Counted from the first letter of the stretch, positions 1 to 8,896 are shown. The stretch: DNA of 14,821 nt from Candidatus Thorarchaeota archaeon (GCA_016933575.1 JAFGAR010000010.1:1-14821), one strand, 5' to 3'. The notes: a model not told the origin generated them from the sequence alone. Translations and numbers: made by a program.

Positions 1-306
1 CCTGTTCAAGAGATTCTGGAATGCGCCTGGGAGTGGCAGATAGATCGGTGTCGCTAGTACCAAGATATCAGCCTCTCGAATCTTTTCATAGACCATCTCC
101 ATATCATCTGTATGAATGCAGACACCGACCTTCTCGAACCAGCATTGGAAATCTCCTATGCATGGTCTGATCTTCAGGTTCTGTGAGAAGAGGAGCTCCA
201 CCGATGCGCCAGCATCCCTCATGCCTTCAAGAAAAGGAGCAAGTATTCGATGCGTGTTACCTTTTTCCATATTTGGACTTCCGTTGATAGCAAGGACTGT
301 CGTCAA
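1..306 (-). CDS. Flavodoxin-fold / iron-sulfur flavoprotein (Isf, FMN_red family), 3'-truncated by window edge
   Basis: Not in the ORF track. Manual translation from TTG at 306 gives MTTVLAINGSPNMEKGNTHRILAPFLEGMRDAGASVELLFSQNLKIRPCIGDFQCWFEKVGVCIHTDDMEMVYEKIREADILVLATPIY...LLNR, open to position 1. It has the NGSP..GNT FMN-phosphate loop, a CxxDxxCx7C cluster motif and ADxxVLATPxY. RBS-like GAGGGAGAGG lies just upstream. Confidence 0.9.
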   Translation of the reverse strand, partial: MTTVLAINGSPNMEKGNTHRILAPFLEGMRDAGASVELLFSQNLKIRPCIGDFQCWFEKVGVCIHTDDMEMVYEKIREADILVLATPIYLPLPGAFQNLLNR

Positions 307-355
307 GACCTCTCCCTCATCATATGGATACAAGACTCCCCAAAGGTAAAGGTAC

Positions 356-375
356 TCTATAAATCATCGCCTTTT
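356..375 (-). promoter_or_regulatory. Putative archaeal TATA/BRE promoter for the flavoprotein gene
   Basis: Minus strand reads AAAAGGCGATGATTTATAGA: a TTTATA box with a purine-rich upstream segment, about 50 nt before the start codon. Confidence 0.4.
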
Positions 376-384
376 CAGGTATGC

Positions 385-420
385 AAAAAAACAGGGGCGA
401 GTCAGGCATATGCTGACTCG
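385..420 (-). terminator. Hairpin plus U7 terminator after the small Cys-rich gene
   Basis: Minus strand reads CGAGTCAG-CATATGC-CTGACTCG (perfect 8-bp stem, 398-420), then CCCCTG and TTTTTTT, starting 15 nt after the stop codon. Confidence 0.65.
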
Positions 421-435
421 TTGGATGTAGAATGA

Positions 436-600
436 TTATTTCTTGAGTTTCAAATCCTTCCCGCAGCAGCTGAATGAGCAACCACAATTGTCCTCATCGC
501 CACAGCATTGCTTGCATTCAGCATTGACCTGAATCTCCAGACCACAATCATCACAGTAGTAGATCTGTCCCTTTTTCATATCATGACAATGGAGTCCCAT
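436..600 (-). CDS. Small Cys-rich metal-binding protein, desulforedoxin/desulfoferrodoxin-N-like (54 aa)
   Basis: MGLHCHDMKKGQIYYCDDCGLEIQVNAECKQCCGDEDNCGCSFSCCGKDLKLKK. The YxCxxCG...CCGK pattern is that of desulforedoxin-type domains. AGAAGGAG upstream of the ATG at 600 favours this start over GTG 624. Confidence 0.8.
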   Translation of the reverse strand: MGLHCHDMKKGQIYYCDDCGLEIQVNAECKQCCGDEDNCGCSFSCCGKDLKLKK

Positions 601-725
601 AAGTATCAATCTCCTTCTGTTCACCTGGTCTTAAGGATATATCAGTTCATCGAAATGTGACAGTTTCTTCTCTTCCTTGAAGTTCGACCTGCCATGAAGG
701 GCTATCTGAGATCGGACAAGTCACT

Positions 726-2012
726 CTACTCATTCCTTAGTGCATCGACTGGCTGAAGATGTGCTGCTCGTCGAGCCGGATAGAGGGCGAACAAGACACT
801 CACGACGATACCGAAGAACAGGGCCATGAGTATCAGGTCTATCGTCAGTACGGGTGTGATAGTCCCAAGTGAACCCAATGGGTTTCCTCCTGATCCTACA
901 CTCATCCCTGTATTGAACCCTCCAAGTAGACCGGATAGAAGAAGTGCGATGACACCTCCAGTGATGATGCCGAACACGCCTCCAAAGATGCCGATCATCG
1001 TGGCTTCAGCCAGAAAGACTGCTAGAACTGTGCTTCCCTTCGCACCTAATGCTTTCAGGATCCCAATCTCTCGTGTCCGTTCCATGATGGATACGATCAT
1101 GATATTCATGATTCCTATCCCCGCGACTAGGAGCGAGATCGCAGCTATCCCACCGAGTAGCAGCTCAATGGTTCCTATCATCGTTGACAGCTGATCTAGG
1201 ATTGCTGTCGCAGAGGTCACTGTCACCTCGCCCTCAAAGAGCGCTCCAATCTCAGCTATCGCCAGATCGATAGTATCTTCAGAGTCGTCACTCAATTGGA
1301 CGATGATGGAGTTGACCTCGGTTGTTTCAAAGAAGTCCACCGCTGTAGACACTGGGAGATACACTCCCATATCACTCGGTCCACCTATCGAGCCACCTAT
1401 CTCATTCAAGATTCCCACCACCGTGACGGATATGTTCTTCTCGGTACGTAGTGTCCCATTGATGATGGTATATTTGATGAGGAACTCGTCACCGATATCA
1501 GCGAATAGGGTACCATTGTCCCATGGATCTGAAACAGAATCTCCTATGACCGCGTCATAGGCTCCTGGATCTGACGGAATCCCGCCACTCGCTGCCGTAA
1601 AGGTGCTACTGTAGATTTCTTGATAGGAATCAAAATCGATGCCAGTCACACTGAGAGACAATTCGTACTCGGTAGTATTTAGTACTGCTTGCTTGTTAAT
1701 GATGGGCGACACGTATTCCACATAAGAAAGCTCCTGAATAACTGCTGTATCATCCACGTAAAGCTTGAAATCTGAGGGCTCAGAAGCAGTCCCCGGTCTG
1801 AACGCGAAGCTCTGGGTGCTTACAGTCACAGTATCTGTGGAAAATCCCTCTGTGAACTGGTTCGTGATAGCTATCTCGAACCCTTGGGTATAAGACATCA
1901 GTGCGACGATAGCAGCGATCCCGATCACGATACCTAAGGTCGTGAGTCCTGAGCGGATCTTCCGAAGCCGAATGGCACCGAAGGAGTATGAGAAGATATC
2001 TCGCGTTCTCAT
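726..2012 (-). CDS. ABC transporter permease, MacB/FtsX (SalY/LolE-like) family
   Basis: N-terminal RSGLTTLGIVIGIAAIVAL, large extracytoplasmic domain, GIMNIM...ERTREIGILKALGA, and C-terminal YPARRAA.L.PVDALR. Confidence 0.95.
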   Translation of the reverse strand: MRTRDIFSYSFGAIRLRKIRSGLTTLGIVIGIAAIVALMSYTQGFEIAITNQFTEGFSTDTVTVSTQSFAFRPGTASEPSDFKLYVDDTAVIQELSYVEYVSPIINKQAVLNTTEYELSLSVTGIDFDSYQEIYSSTFTAASGGIPSDPGAYDAVIGDSVSDPWDNGTLFADIGDEFLIKYTIINGTLRTEKNISVTVVGILNEIGGSIGGPSDMGVYLPVSTAVDFFETTEVNSIIVQLSDDSEDTIDLAIAEIGALFEGEVTVTSATAILDQLSTMIGTIELLLGGIAAISLLVAGIGIMNIMIVSIMERTREIGILKALGAKGSTVLAVFLAEATMIGIFGGVFGIITGGVIALLLSGLLGGFNTGMSVGSGGNPLGSLGTITPVLTIDLILMALFFGIVVSVLFALYPARRAAHLQPVDALRNE

Positions 2013-2696
2013 CTATCGCACCTCGTCCTCTACTATCAGTCCATCCACTATGCGGACCTGCCTTCGTGCTGAAGCACCTACCTCTAGGTTATGGGTCACG
2101 ATGATGACCGTGACCCCCATCTCATGGTTCAGTCTGGTGACGAGGTCCATGATCTCTGCGGCTGTTCTGGTGTCTAGATTTCCAGTCGGCTCGTCCAGCA
2201 ACAGGAAGCTGGGTTCTGTGACCAATGCTCGTGCGACCGCTACTCGTTGGCGTTCACCTCCGCTGAGCTGCGAGGGTTTATGGTCCATTCGGCCATCTAA
2301 GCCCACTTTGCTGAGCATCTCTTCGGCTTGCCGCTCTCTTACTTCTTTGGGAACCCCAGCAATGACAAGTGGCAACTCAACATTGGCTCGCGCTGTCAAT
2401 CTGGGTACGAGATTGAAGAACTGGAACACGAACCCGACATGTCTGCGCGCTTCAGCTAGCTTGTTATCATCAAGCGTAGACACCTCTGTCCCACGGATCT
2501 TGATACTTCCCTTAGTCGGTCTATCCAAGGCTCCAATCATATTCAGCAATGTCGATTTCCCAGATCCTGAAGGCCCAACGATCGCAATGAACTCCCCTTG
2601 ATTCACATGCATGTCGACACCTCGCAGGGCGTTCACAGGGATCTCGCCTAAGTGATAGGTCTTCCTCAATCGTGTCAATTCTAGTACGGTACTCAT
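2013..2696 (-). CDS. ABC transporter ATP-binding protein (LolD/MacB-like)
   Basis: Walker A GPSGSGKS, signature LSGGERQR, Walker B LLLDEPTGNLD and H-loop VTH. The TAG stop abuts the permease ATG. The start is ATG 2696 or GTG 2705. Confidence 0.95.
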   Translation of the reverse strand: MSTVLELTRLRKTYHLGEIPVNALRGVDMHVNQGEFIAIVGPSGSGKSTLLNMIGALDRPTKGSIKIRGTEVSTLDDNKLAEARRHVGFVFQFFNLVPRLTARANVELPLVIAGVPKEVRERQAEEMLSKVGLDGRMDHKPSQLSGGERQRVAVARALVTEPSFLLLDEPTGNLDTRTAAEIMDLVTRLNHEMGVTVIIVTHNLEVGASARRQVRIVDGLIVEDEVR

Positions 2697-2882
2697 TGTT
2701 CTCACTTTTTCTAGAGGAGTACTTCCTCATGTTTGGTATGACCGCTTGGGAATTGCATATATGATTAGACCGAAGTTACGCCAGAGAATCTACCAGATGT
2801 CACCCGAATCCTCTCGATTTTTCGTCACATTTGAGACATGGGATAATCACTTATTACCTACAGGCAGTCATCTCAGGTACTG

Positions 2883-3188
2883 ATGATAACCAAGAGGCTC
2901 CTCTGGTGGTTGCTGGCAGGAACCAGAGGTGGTACCAATCGAGCTAGGATAATCATGGCGTTGCATGAGTTCCCATCAAACGCCAATTATCTAGCGGAGC
3001 AACTCAGCCTCGACTATAAGACGATTCGGCATCACATCGATGTCCTCGTGGAGCACGAGGTCCTGATTCCTCAAGGTGAGGGCTATGGCACGATTTACTT
3101 CGTGTCCGAGGACATCGAGAACAGCTTTGAGGAATTTGTAGCAATTTGGGAGAGAATTGGGAAAACAGGCTTAAAGAAAAAGAAATAG
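2883..3188 (+). CDS. Winged helix-turn-helix transcriptional regulator (archaeal ArsR-like)
   Basis: RLLWWLLAGTRGG.NRARII...P.NANYLAEQL.LDYKTIRHHIDVL...GYGTIYF is typical of archaeal ArsR-like wHTH proteins. It is divergent from the ABC genes. CTTATTA about 27 nt upstream suggests a leaderless transcript. Confidence 0.88.
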   Translation: MITKRLLWWLLAGTRGGTNRARIIMALHEFPSNANYLAEQLSLDYKTIRHHIDVLVEHEVLIPQGEGYGTIYFVSEDIENSFEEFVAIWERIGKTGLKKKK

Positions 3189-3197
3189 GAATGGTGT

Positions 3198-3629
3198 GTG
3201 CATATGAACAACAAAGAACTAATCGCACTTCTCATCACATGTATGGTGATTGCTGGGATGCTTGGCTATATCCTAGCGATATATCTGGTCCTCCCTCGCT
3301 TGGATTCCCCTTCACTCCCCCTTTTCATCCCTCCCCTAGAGGTCATTCATTTCTTTGTGACGATAAAGACCATCGTTTCACTCATCAACATGTCTCTCAT
3401 CTTCTTCACGCTCGCTATCTACATTGATATCTACCGATCGTTGAAAACCAGGTTCACCTTGGGACTTGTGACAATGTTGCTTCTCTTGCTCCTCTATGCC
3501 CTGACCTCGAATCCTATGGTTTTCTCACGATTCGGCTACCAATCGATAGGATTGGGTCCCTTCTCGATACTGCCCGACCTCTTCACGACAGTTGCGATGC
3601 TGATCCTCTTCTATCTAAGCCTGGAGTAG
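3198..3629 (+). CDS. Small integral membrane protein (about 4 TM), probably co-transcribed with the wHTH gene
   Basis: Four hydrophobic segments, starting 9-15 nt after the wHTH stop (GTG 3198 or ATG 3204). Its 3' end overlaps the convergent 981-aa gene by 15 nt. Confidence 0.85.
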   Translation: MHMNNKELIALLITCMVIAGMLGYILAIYLVLPRLDSPSLPLFIPPLEVIHFFVTIKTIVSLINMSLIFFTLAIYIDIYRSLKTRFTLGLVTMLLLLLLYALTSNPMVFSRFGYQSIGLGPFSILPDLFTTVAMLILFYLSLE

Positions 3630-6560
3630 CTCCTGAATCTTGGAGTGGATTCTCTCAACACGAATCTTCAGAGGGTCTCTCGAATTACCTAGATAGTCCT
3701 CGATCTTCGACAACCATTTGTCACACTCCAGTATACACTTGAAGAAGACATCTTCATTTTCCAGAGCTTTACCGATTGCTGGTAATTGCAGCATTACCTT
3801 CTCTAGCCAGTCTAGGTATCCCTTGTCCTTTCCAGTAGCATACACAAATTGTTTCGAGAAATCCCCTTCCCCAGTCAGGAAATCACACAGCATATCATAG
3901 GATGAGGAAAGATGATCGATGTCCTGAACTTTACTCTCATCCGCCAGATTTTGGACGAGTCGAAATGGCAAGCGATCCCCATTCTTCAGCATAGACGCAT
4001 AAGATGATAGAACTTTGATCAACGCATACGCACACTTCGTTTCCTTTACTAATATCTCCAAGAAACCGAGATTATTCCAAGTAGAGGGATCTGAGAACGA
4101 ATGGTCCTCGAATAGCATCTCTGTATTCTGTGTTTCAACCTCTTGTAGGGGGCGTAACCAATTGACCGCATATGCTAGAGGAGTAGGTTTCCCTTCATCA
4201 TCAATCAGACCGCTTTCTCTTGAGAACGATTGTGCTACTTCTTCAAACATCCGCTGTCTTAGAACAATGTCCAAAGTCATTGCTGGCAGGGGTGACAAGG
4301 TATTTGTACACTCTGCAAAAATCATATTCAATCCATTGACAGGACCTCGGATAAGCTGATTACTCCTTGTCAACATCACACAATAGTCAATAGGCGGTGT
4401 AGACTCCCTTTGACAGACCTTTGATACCTTCTCAAGAATCTCTCTGCTATCATCATTCAAGATAAAGGAGTTTCCTGAAGGGAGAAATGACTCTCGTACC
4501 CAAACAAATTCAACATTGGTAGAGCTATTTGGTTCTGATTCTACGAAGGATGCCATTTCTTGGAATCTGACCCGATTCCTCAATATCTCCCAGACATAGT
4601 GATAGTTCCTGTGTGTCAGGGTTTCCAGAAATACCTGCTCTCTAAGAGGATGATGAATAAGCATTAACCCTCTTTGCTCGTCCTTTGTCACTAATCGCGT
4701 GAAGTAGTGCATATTATTTCGCTTGATTATCCATGCCCCAGCACCTGTTGCTGCCCAGACAAGTGTACCTGACTCGGTCACCGATTCAGTCCTTCTGGTT
4801 TCCGAAAGGACCTGCTCTCCTTCTCCTAATCCTAGTTGAGGTATATCAACAGTAAAAGACGCTCTATGCATGCCAGGTTGAATCCCCTCTTGTATTGTGA
4901 TAGGTATCTGGACTTTGCTTGCTAAATGCGCCTGAATTTTCTTTTTGACGTCATCAGAGATGCTGTCCAATCCTAGCAGTCCCGATGTAGCCAAGGTTTG
5001 GGATCCTATGATGGAATCGACTCTCATCTTAGTAAAAAGATGACATGAAGGGCTCACTGTTGTCAGATGTTGTGCTGTTTGTCCCAAGACATTCAATCCG
5101 AGCAAGACTAATGAGATTCTTTTGGGATCGGATAACACATCAGGCTGAATTCCCCTTTGGATTGCTACTTGCCGCTTGATGAAAGCTTCCAACAGCAACC
5201 TGATATTGCTTGGGTCCTCAATAGTAAGGATATTTCCATCTATGGCAGTTTGGAATAGGTCACCCAACAGGAGCCTTTGTATCCGATCCAGATTTTCTGA
5301 AGTCTGTACATTGTCGATGATTTGAATGTTCTTGGGTTCTTCAATTCCGTGCACTAGATAGCCTTCAATGTTTATTGCTGTTGGGGCTAGTGCTGGCTCT
5401 GGATGCTTGTTTTCATAGAGGTTGAATGTGAAATCAGTGGTATGTGGAATCTCAAAGATATTACCTTTCATCGAAGCTCGTTCCATACCATTGGCGCGTG
5501 TGTTCTCTGCTGATGACGTAGATATTGATTCGAAGAAGTTCCTTGATGCAGCATCCTTCCACTGAAGACTCCATATGTCTTTGCTTATCCTTTCGATGTT
5601 TCTTTCTTCGATTTTGAAGTCGTACTGTTTGTCTGTAGATCGTACAATACTGGCAATTGACTCTCTACTGACAATGGATGGAATTGTGATTCTTCTCTTT
5701 TCATCATGATGACTCTCGATTAGTCTAGTCAAAGTCTTGACGAATCTATCTACGTTACCATTCTTGTAGTCTCTAGATACGATACCTTTCTCCAATAGTA
5801 CGATTGGGCTGATCCATCTGCTATTCAACCTATGCAGAATCCTCTTTCCGAGAGAGAATAATCGATCTTTATCTATGCGATAGGTGATAATCTCAATCTC
5901 TTCATTGGTAAATGGAAACTCCAATCCCTTTGGAAAGGGTAGTTCGTTCTTAGCTATAGGAATTGGGTATTCAAGGATGCTTGATGGTGCTTGTGTTGAC
6001 TGTCTCATTCGTGTTTCAATCAATCTCACATAATTGGTGAGGAAGATCAGTTCCCAAATGGTGAGGCCAAGATGTTCTCGTAGTATCCCGATCGGTGTTC
6101 TCTCTTGGACGAATCTGTTTAAGATGGCCCTTCTGAACCAAGCGAATCTTGGTCGTTCATTGGAGATGCTGCTGAGGAATGTCCTGAAGTCCTTTGATTC
6201 ACTATCTGATTTGAGCTGGATGTAGCTGCTATGACCGAGGAGTTCAGCAATCCTTGATACATCCCGATTGAGTTTATCCTCAAATGCACTCGTATCCATT
6301 GCCCATAGAACATGGACTATCAAATAGATGAAACCAACATAGACAAAGAGCCCTATTATGGGAATCATAACTAGGCTTGTAGTTCCTGATAGCGGGACGA
6401 TTCCCAATATAGGAAGAGTACTCAGATAATTGCTGATGAAGATGGCCAAATCTGGATAGAAAACAAAAGTCACAAGCAAAGAGAGATACACACCAAAAAT
6501 GACCTTTCCTTCAAGTAGAGAGTCACTCGTCCAACGTCTAAACCTGCTATGGTAAGTCAT
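3615..6560 (-). CDS. Large hypothetical protein (981 aa) with N-terminal transmembrane helices
   Basis: Uninterrupted 2.9-kb ORF with two, possibly three, hydrophobic segments in residues ~20-87 and GAGGG upstream of the ATG. No family recognised. Confidence 0.85.
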   Translation of the reverse strand: MTYHSRFRRWTSDSLLEGKVIFGVYLSLLVTFVFYPDLAIFISNYLSTLPILGIVPLSGTTSLVMIPIIGLFVYVGFIYLIVHVLWAMDTSAFEDKLNRDVSRIAELLGHSSYIQLKSDSESKDFRTFLSSISNERPRFAWFRRAILNRFVQERTPIGILREHLGLTIWELIFLTNYVRLIETRMRQSTQAPSSILEYPIPIAKNELPFPKGLEFPFTNEEIEIITYRIDKDRLFSLGKRILHRLNSRWISPIVLLEKGIVSRDYKNGNVDRFVKTLTRLIESHHDEKRRITIPSIVSRESIASIVRSTDKQYDFKIEERNIERISKDIWSLQWKDAASRNFFESISTSSAENTRANGMERASMKGNIFEIPHTTDFTFNLYENKHPEPALAPTAINIEGYLVHGIEEPKNIQIIDNVQTSENLDRIQRLLLGDLFQTAIDGNILTIEDPSNIRLLLEAFIKRQVAIQRGIQPDVLSDPKRISLVLLGLNVLGQTAQHLTTVSPSCHLFTKMRVDSIIGSQTLATSGLLGLDSISDDVKKKIQAHLASKVQIPITIQEGIQPGMHRASFTVDIPQLGLGEGEQVLSETRRTESVTESGTLVWAATGAGAWIIKRNNMHYFTRLVTKDEQRGLMLIHHPLREQVFLETLTHRNYHYVWEILRNRVRFQEMASFVESEPNSSTNVEFVWVRESFLPSGNSFILNDDSREILEKVSKVCQRESTPPIDYCVMLTRSNQLIRGPVNGLNMIFAECTNTLSPLPAMTLDIVLRQRMFEEVAQSFSRESGLIDDEGKPTPLAYAVNWLRPLQEVETQNTEMLFEDHSFSDPSTWNNLGFLEILVKETKCAYALIKVLSSYASMLKNGDRLPFRLVQNLADESKVQDIDHLSSSYDMLCDFLTGEGDFSKQFVYATGKDKGYLDWLEKVMLQLPAIGKALENEDVFFKCILECDKWLSKIEDYLGNSRDPLKIRVERIHSKIQELLQA

Positions 6561-6625
6561 ACCAATCCCTCGCCAACGCGAGCTCTCTACAATCGATGCG
6601 ACTAATTAATGATTAGGGTCTTTAT

Positions 6626-7387
6626 TCAATCGTTTCGTCTTTTAGCAATCAGCAGCTCTAATGCCAAAATTAGATGATCTGTTGCAGGTGTATCTTCACG
6701 TCCATCTATGTGCCCCTTTGAGAGAACCTCTCTAATCGCAGATGATTCGATATCCACTTTTAGCAACTCTGAGTGTTCTGGCGCTTCTATCTCAATCTCA
6801 CTAGCCTCGACATTCACTGGGGCATGTATAACGCAGGTCGTATCATGATTACTCCCCCAGACCAGTCCAAGCATGGTGAAGTCACCTTTTGTGAAATTAT
6901 CAGACTTGAGAGTTGTTTCTTCAGTGATCTCTCGTGCGGAAGTATCAACCGGATTCTCAGGAATATAGGTTCCCTCCGGACTTGGGAGGGGGTCTATGAA
7001 CCCACCCCCTACTGCATGGAGTGTATTTCCTTGGTCACTTCCTTTTCTGATTCCGAGAATTATCTTGTCATCCTGAGTATGGATAAGAGTAGTAGCGCTG
7101 AGGGGATTAGGATATTCATCATGTGTCTGGTACGTCTGGTGCCTGAGCACAAAATGCCATCTGTAGGTACATAGACTCACTCTTAGCTTCAAACGATTCT
7201 GTATGAGGTTATAGCCTTCATATCTCCAAAGTGGAAGATCCTGAGCATCAAAAGGCTTTCTTAGCCACTCTGCTTCAACGAGTGTTTTCTGTTCGAGAGT
7301 GGGCTGAAGAGTACCCGGAACTGATTCAATATCGATTTCTGATGGATTCCACAAACCCCTCAGAAGAATGACCCTTTCCACTCTCAC
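6626..7387 (-). CDS. Nudix hydrolase, NUDT22-like
   Basis: Nudix box variant GGFIDP-[insert]-ENPVDTSAREITEETTL, preceded by NPLSATTLIHTQDDKIILGIR. RBS GGTAGGTG precedes the GTG start. Confidence 0.82.
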   Translation of the reverse strand: MRVERVILLRGLWNPSEIDIESVPGTLQPTLEQKTLVEAEWLRKPFDAQDLPLWRYEGYNLIQNRLKLRVSLCTYRWHFVLRHQTYQTHDEYPNPLSATTLIHTQDDKIILGIRKGSDQGNTLHAVGGGFIDPLPSPEGTYIPENPVDTSAREITEETTLKSDNFTKGDFTMLGLVWGSNHDTTCVIHAPVNVEASEIEIEAPEHSELLKVDIESSAIREVLSKGHIDGREDTPATDHLILALELLIAKRRND

Positions 7388-7543
7388 ATTTTCACCTACC
7401 TATCGCACCTTCCCATTCTATTTAGAATTAGTGGCTGTTTTTATATGTCCTATTGATTGCCTATTCTGAAGTGTGTTATACATTCTGCAACAAGCTTAAC
7501 ACTGACGCTGCTGTTTCCTTCCCGTCTGTCCTAAACTCAGTCC

Positions 7544-8896
7544 TCATACGTTTGATGATCTTATTCTAAATCGCAAGATGAGGATTAAGAATAGAGCTAT
7601 GCATCCTACTGATGCCACTGTGACTACTATCGATATCACTCCAAAATCGAATTCATTACCTTCGGTTGGAGTGGGTTGCGTTGAGGTGAGTTGTGTTGGT
7701 GTGCTTACTTGCTGTTCAGGATAGTTATCTACTGCTCCCGCAGGGCCATCGATTAAGTACGTTCCAGTTCCTGAATAATCTCCCCAGCTATTACCAGTCG
7801 ATATCCTATCATCCCATGCATTCCATAGGCCCTCCTGTGTTTGATCATCATAGGCTTCTCCTTGGCGATTTTTCGCTACTCTATTCCCGTAGATATCACA
7901 AAGCGCTGCGTTTGTCATATACACTCCATATTTCTCATTCCAAAAGATATCATTGTTCTTAACTTCGACTCTCGAAGCTCCATCTATCATGACGCCATGC
8001 CCCTCGTTATTATGGATGAGATTCCCTTCAATAGTAGCGAGATCTGATTCTGCAAGAATACCGTTTCCTGAATTATTGTAGATGCTATTGTCTAAGATCT
8101 GGATTCCCTCTGAATCAAGAGCCCGAATGCCATGTCCGGTATCTGAGGACGCTGTAGAAGGTCCGACATGGTGGACCGTGTTCTCAGTAACCGTGACAGA
8201 ATCAGATGATTCGATGAAGATGCCTTCGTGCTTTGCGTTCCAGATAGTATTCCCATCAATCTCCATCCTCTCAGATTCCCTGCAGTATATTCCTTGTTGA
8301 TGGAACGCATCATAGATCGTATTGTTCTGTACCGTCCATCTATCACATAGCCACAAATTTATGCCGATTTGATCCATCTCCCAGATGATGTTGTCCTCAG
8401 CGATGCAATTGCTAGAATCTATAGAGTTGATGCCTTTTGACGCCCATTTGATTCTACTATCTCTAATGCTGCAGTATTGAGACCATGCAAAGGTAGCTCC
8501 GTACCCATCGACATGAATATCACAATCATCAATTTCCACATTTTTTGCATAGGCCAGATGTATACCTGTTGCAGTTCCACCATAGAATGTCTGTATGATG
8601 CAATGTCGAATTATACAATACACATCAGTAGTGTAGATTCTGATGCCATAGCCCCCATGTCCTGTTATGTTCAACCATTCGATGATGTAGGGGTTACTCT
8701 CTGTACCGCTCCCCAGCCATCCTTGTGTTGCGAAGTCTGTATTGCTCTCAATGAGAATATCTTCATGCTCGATATAGCTTTGTGCTAGATGTATATCAGT
8801 AGAGGATAGATGGATTCCCATTTCTTCAGTTACTCCCATACCAACAAAGCCGAGTAAGAGCACCAGTAAAACTATCATGAATCTATTCGCGCCCAA
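7544..8896 (-). CDS. Membrane-anchored right-handed parallel beta-helix protein (NosD/CASH-like)
   Basis: Signal peptide, HEDILIESNTDFATQGW.GSGT..NPYII cap, repeated GIxx...IxxNxIxxN coils, N.WDD...GNSWGDYSG.G.Y.IDG...VDNYP end, Thr/Pro linker, then a C-terminal TM with basic tail. Confidence 0.9.
   Translation of the reverse strand: MGANRFMIVLLVLLLGFVGMGVTEEMGIHLSSTDIHLAQSYIEHEDILIESNTDFATQGWLGSGTESNPYIIEWLNITGHGGYGIRIYTTDVYCIIRHCIIQTFYGGTATGIHLAYAKNVEIDDCDIHVDGYGATFAWSQYCSIRDSRIKWASKGINSIDSSNCIAEDNIIWEMDQIGINLWLCDRWTVQNNTIYDAFHQQGIYCRESERMEIDGNTIWNAKHEGIFIESSDSVTVTENTVHHVGPSTASSDTGHGIRALDSEGIQILDNSIYNNSGNGILAESDLATIEGNLIHNNEGHGVMIDGASRVEVKNNDIFWNEKYGVYMTNAALCDIYGNRVAKNRQGEAYDDQTQEGLWNAWDDRISTGNSWGDYSGTGTYLIDGPAGAVDNYPEQQVSTPTQLTSTQPTPTEGNEFDFGVISIVVTVASVGCIALFLILILRFRIRSSNV

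Noticed and set aside
116-435. Plus-strand ORFs 116-349 and 250-435
   Set aside because: They are antisense to the clear flavoprotein gene and its promoter, with no protein-like features.
436-600. Possible selenoprotein or UGA readthrough in the Cys-rich gene
   Set aside because: There is no in-frame TGA, the stop is TAA, and the downstream hairpin is too short for a SECIS.
826-2730. ORFs 826-1194, 1303-1560, 1942-2601 (+) and 2521-2730 (-)
   Set aside because: They are shadow or alternative frames of the conserved ABC genes.
3615-3629. 15-nt convergent overlap of two stop regions
   Set aside because: Such overlaps are common in compact genomes and both proteins look complete.
3004-8788. 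Short ORFs nested in or antisense to the wHTH, membrane, 981-aa, Nudix and beta-helix genes
   Set aside because: They overlap better-supported CDSs and show no motifs.
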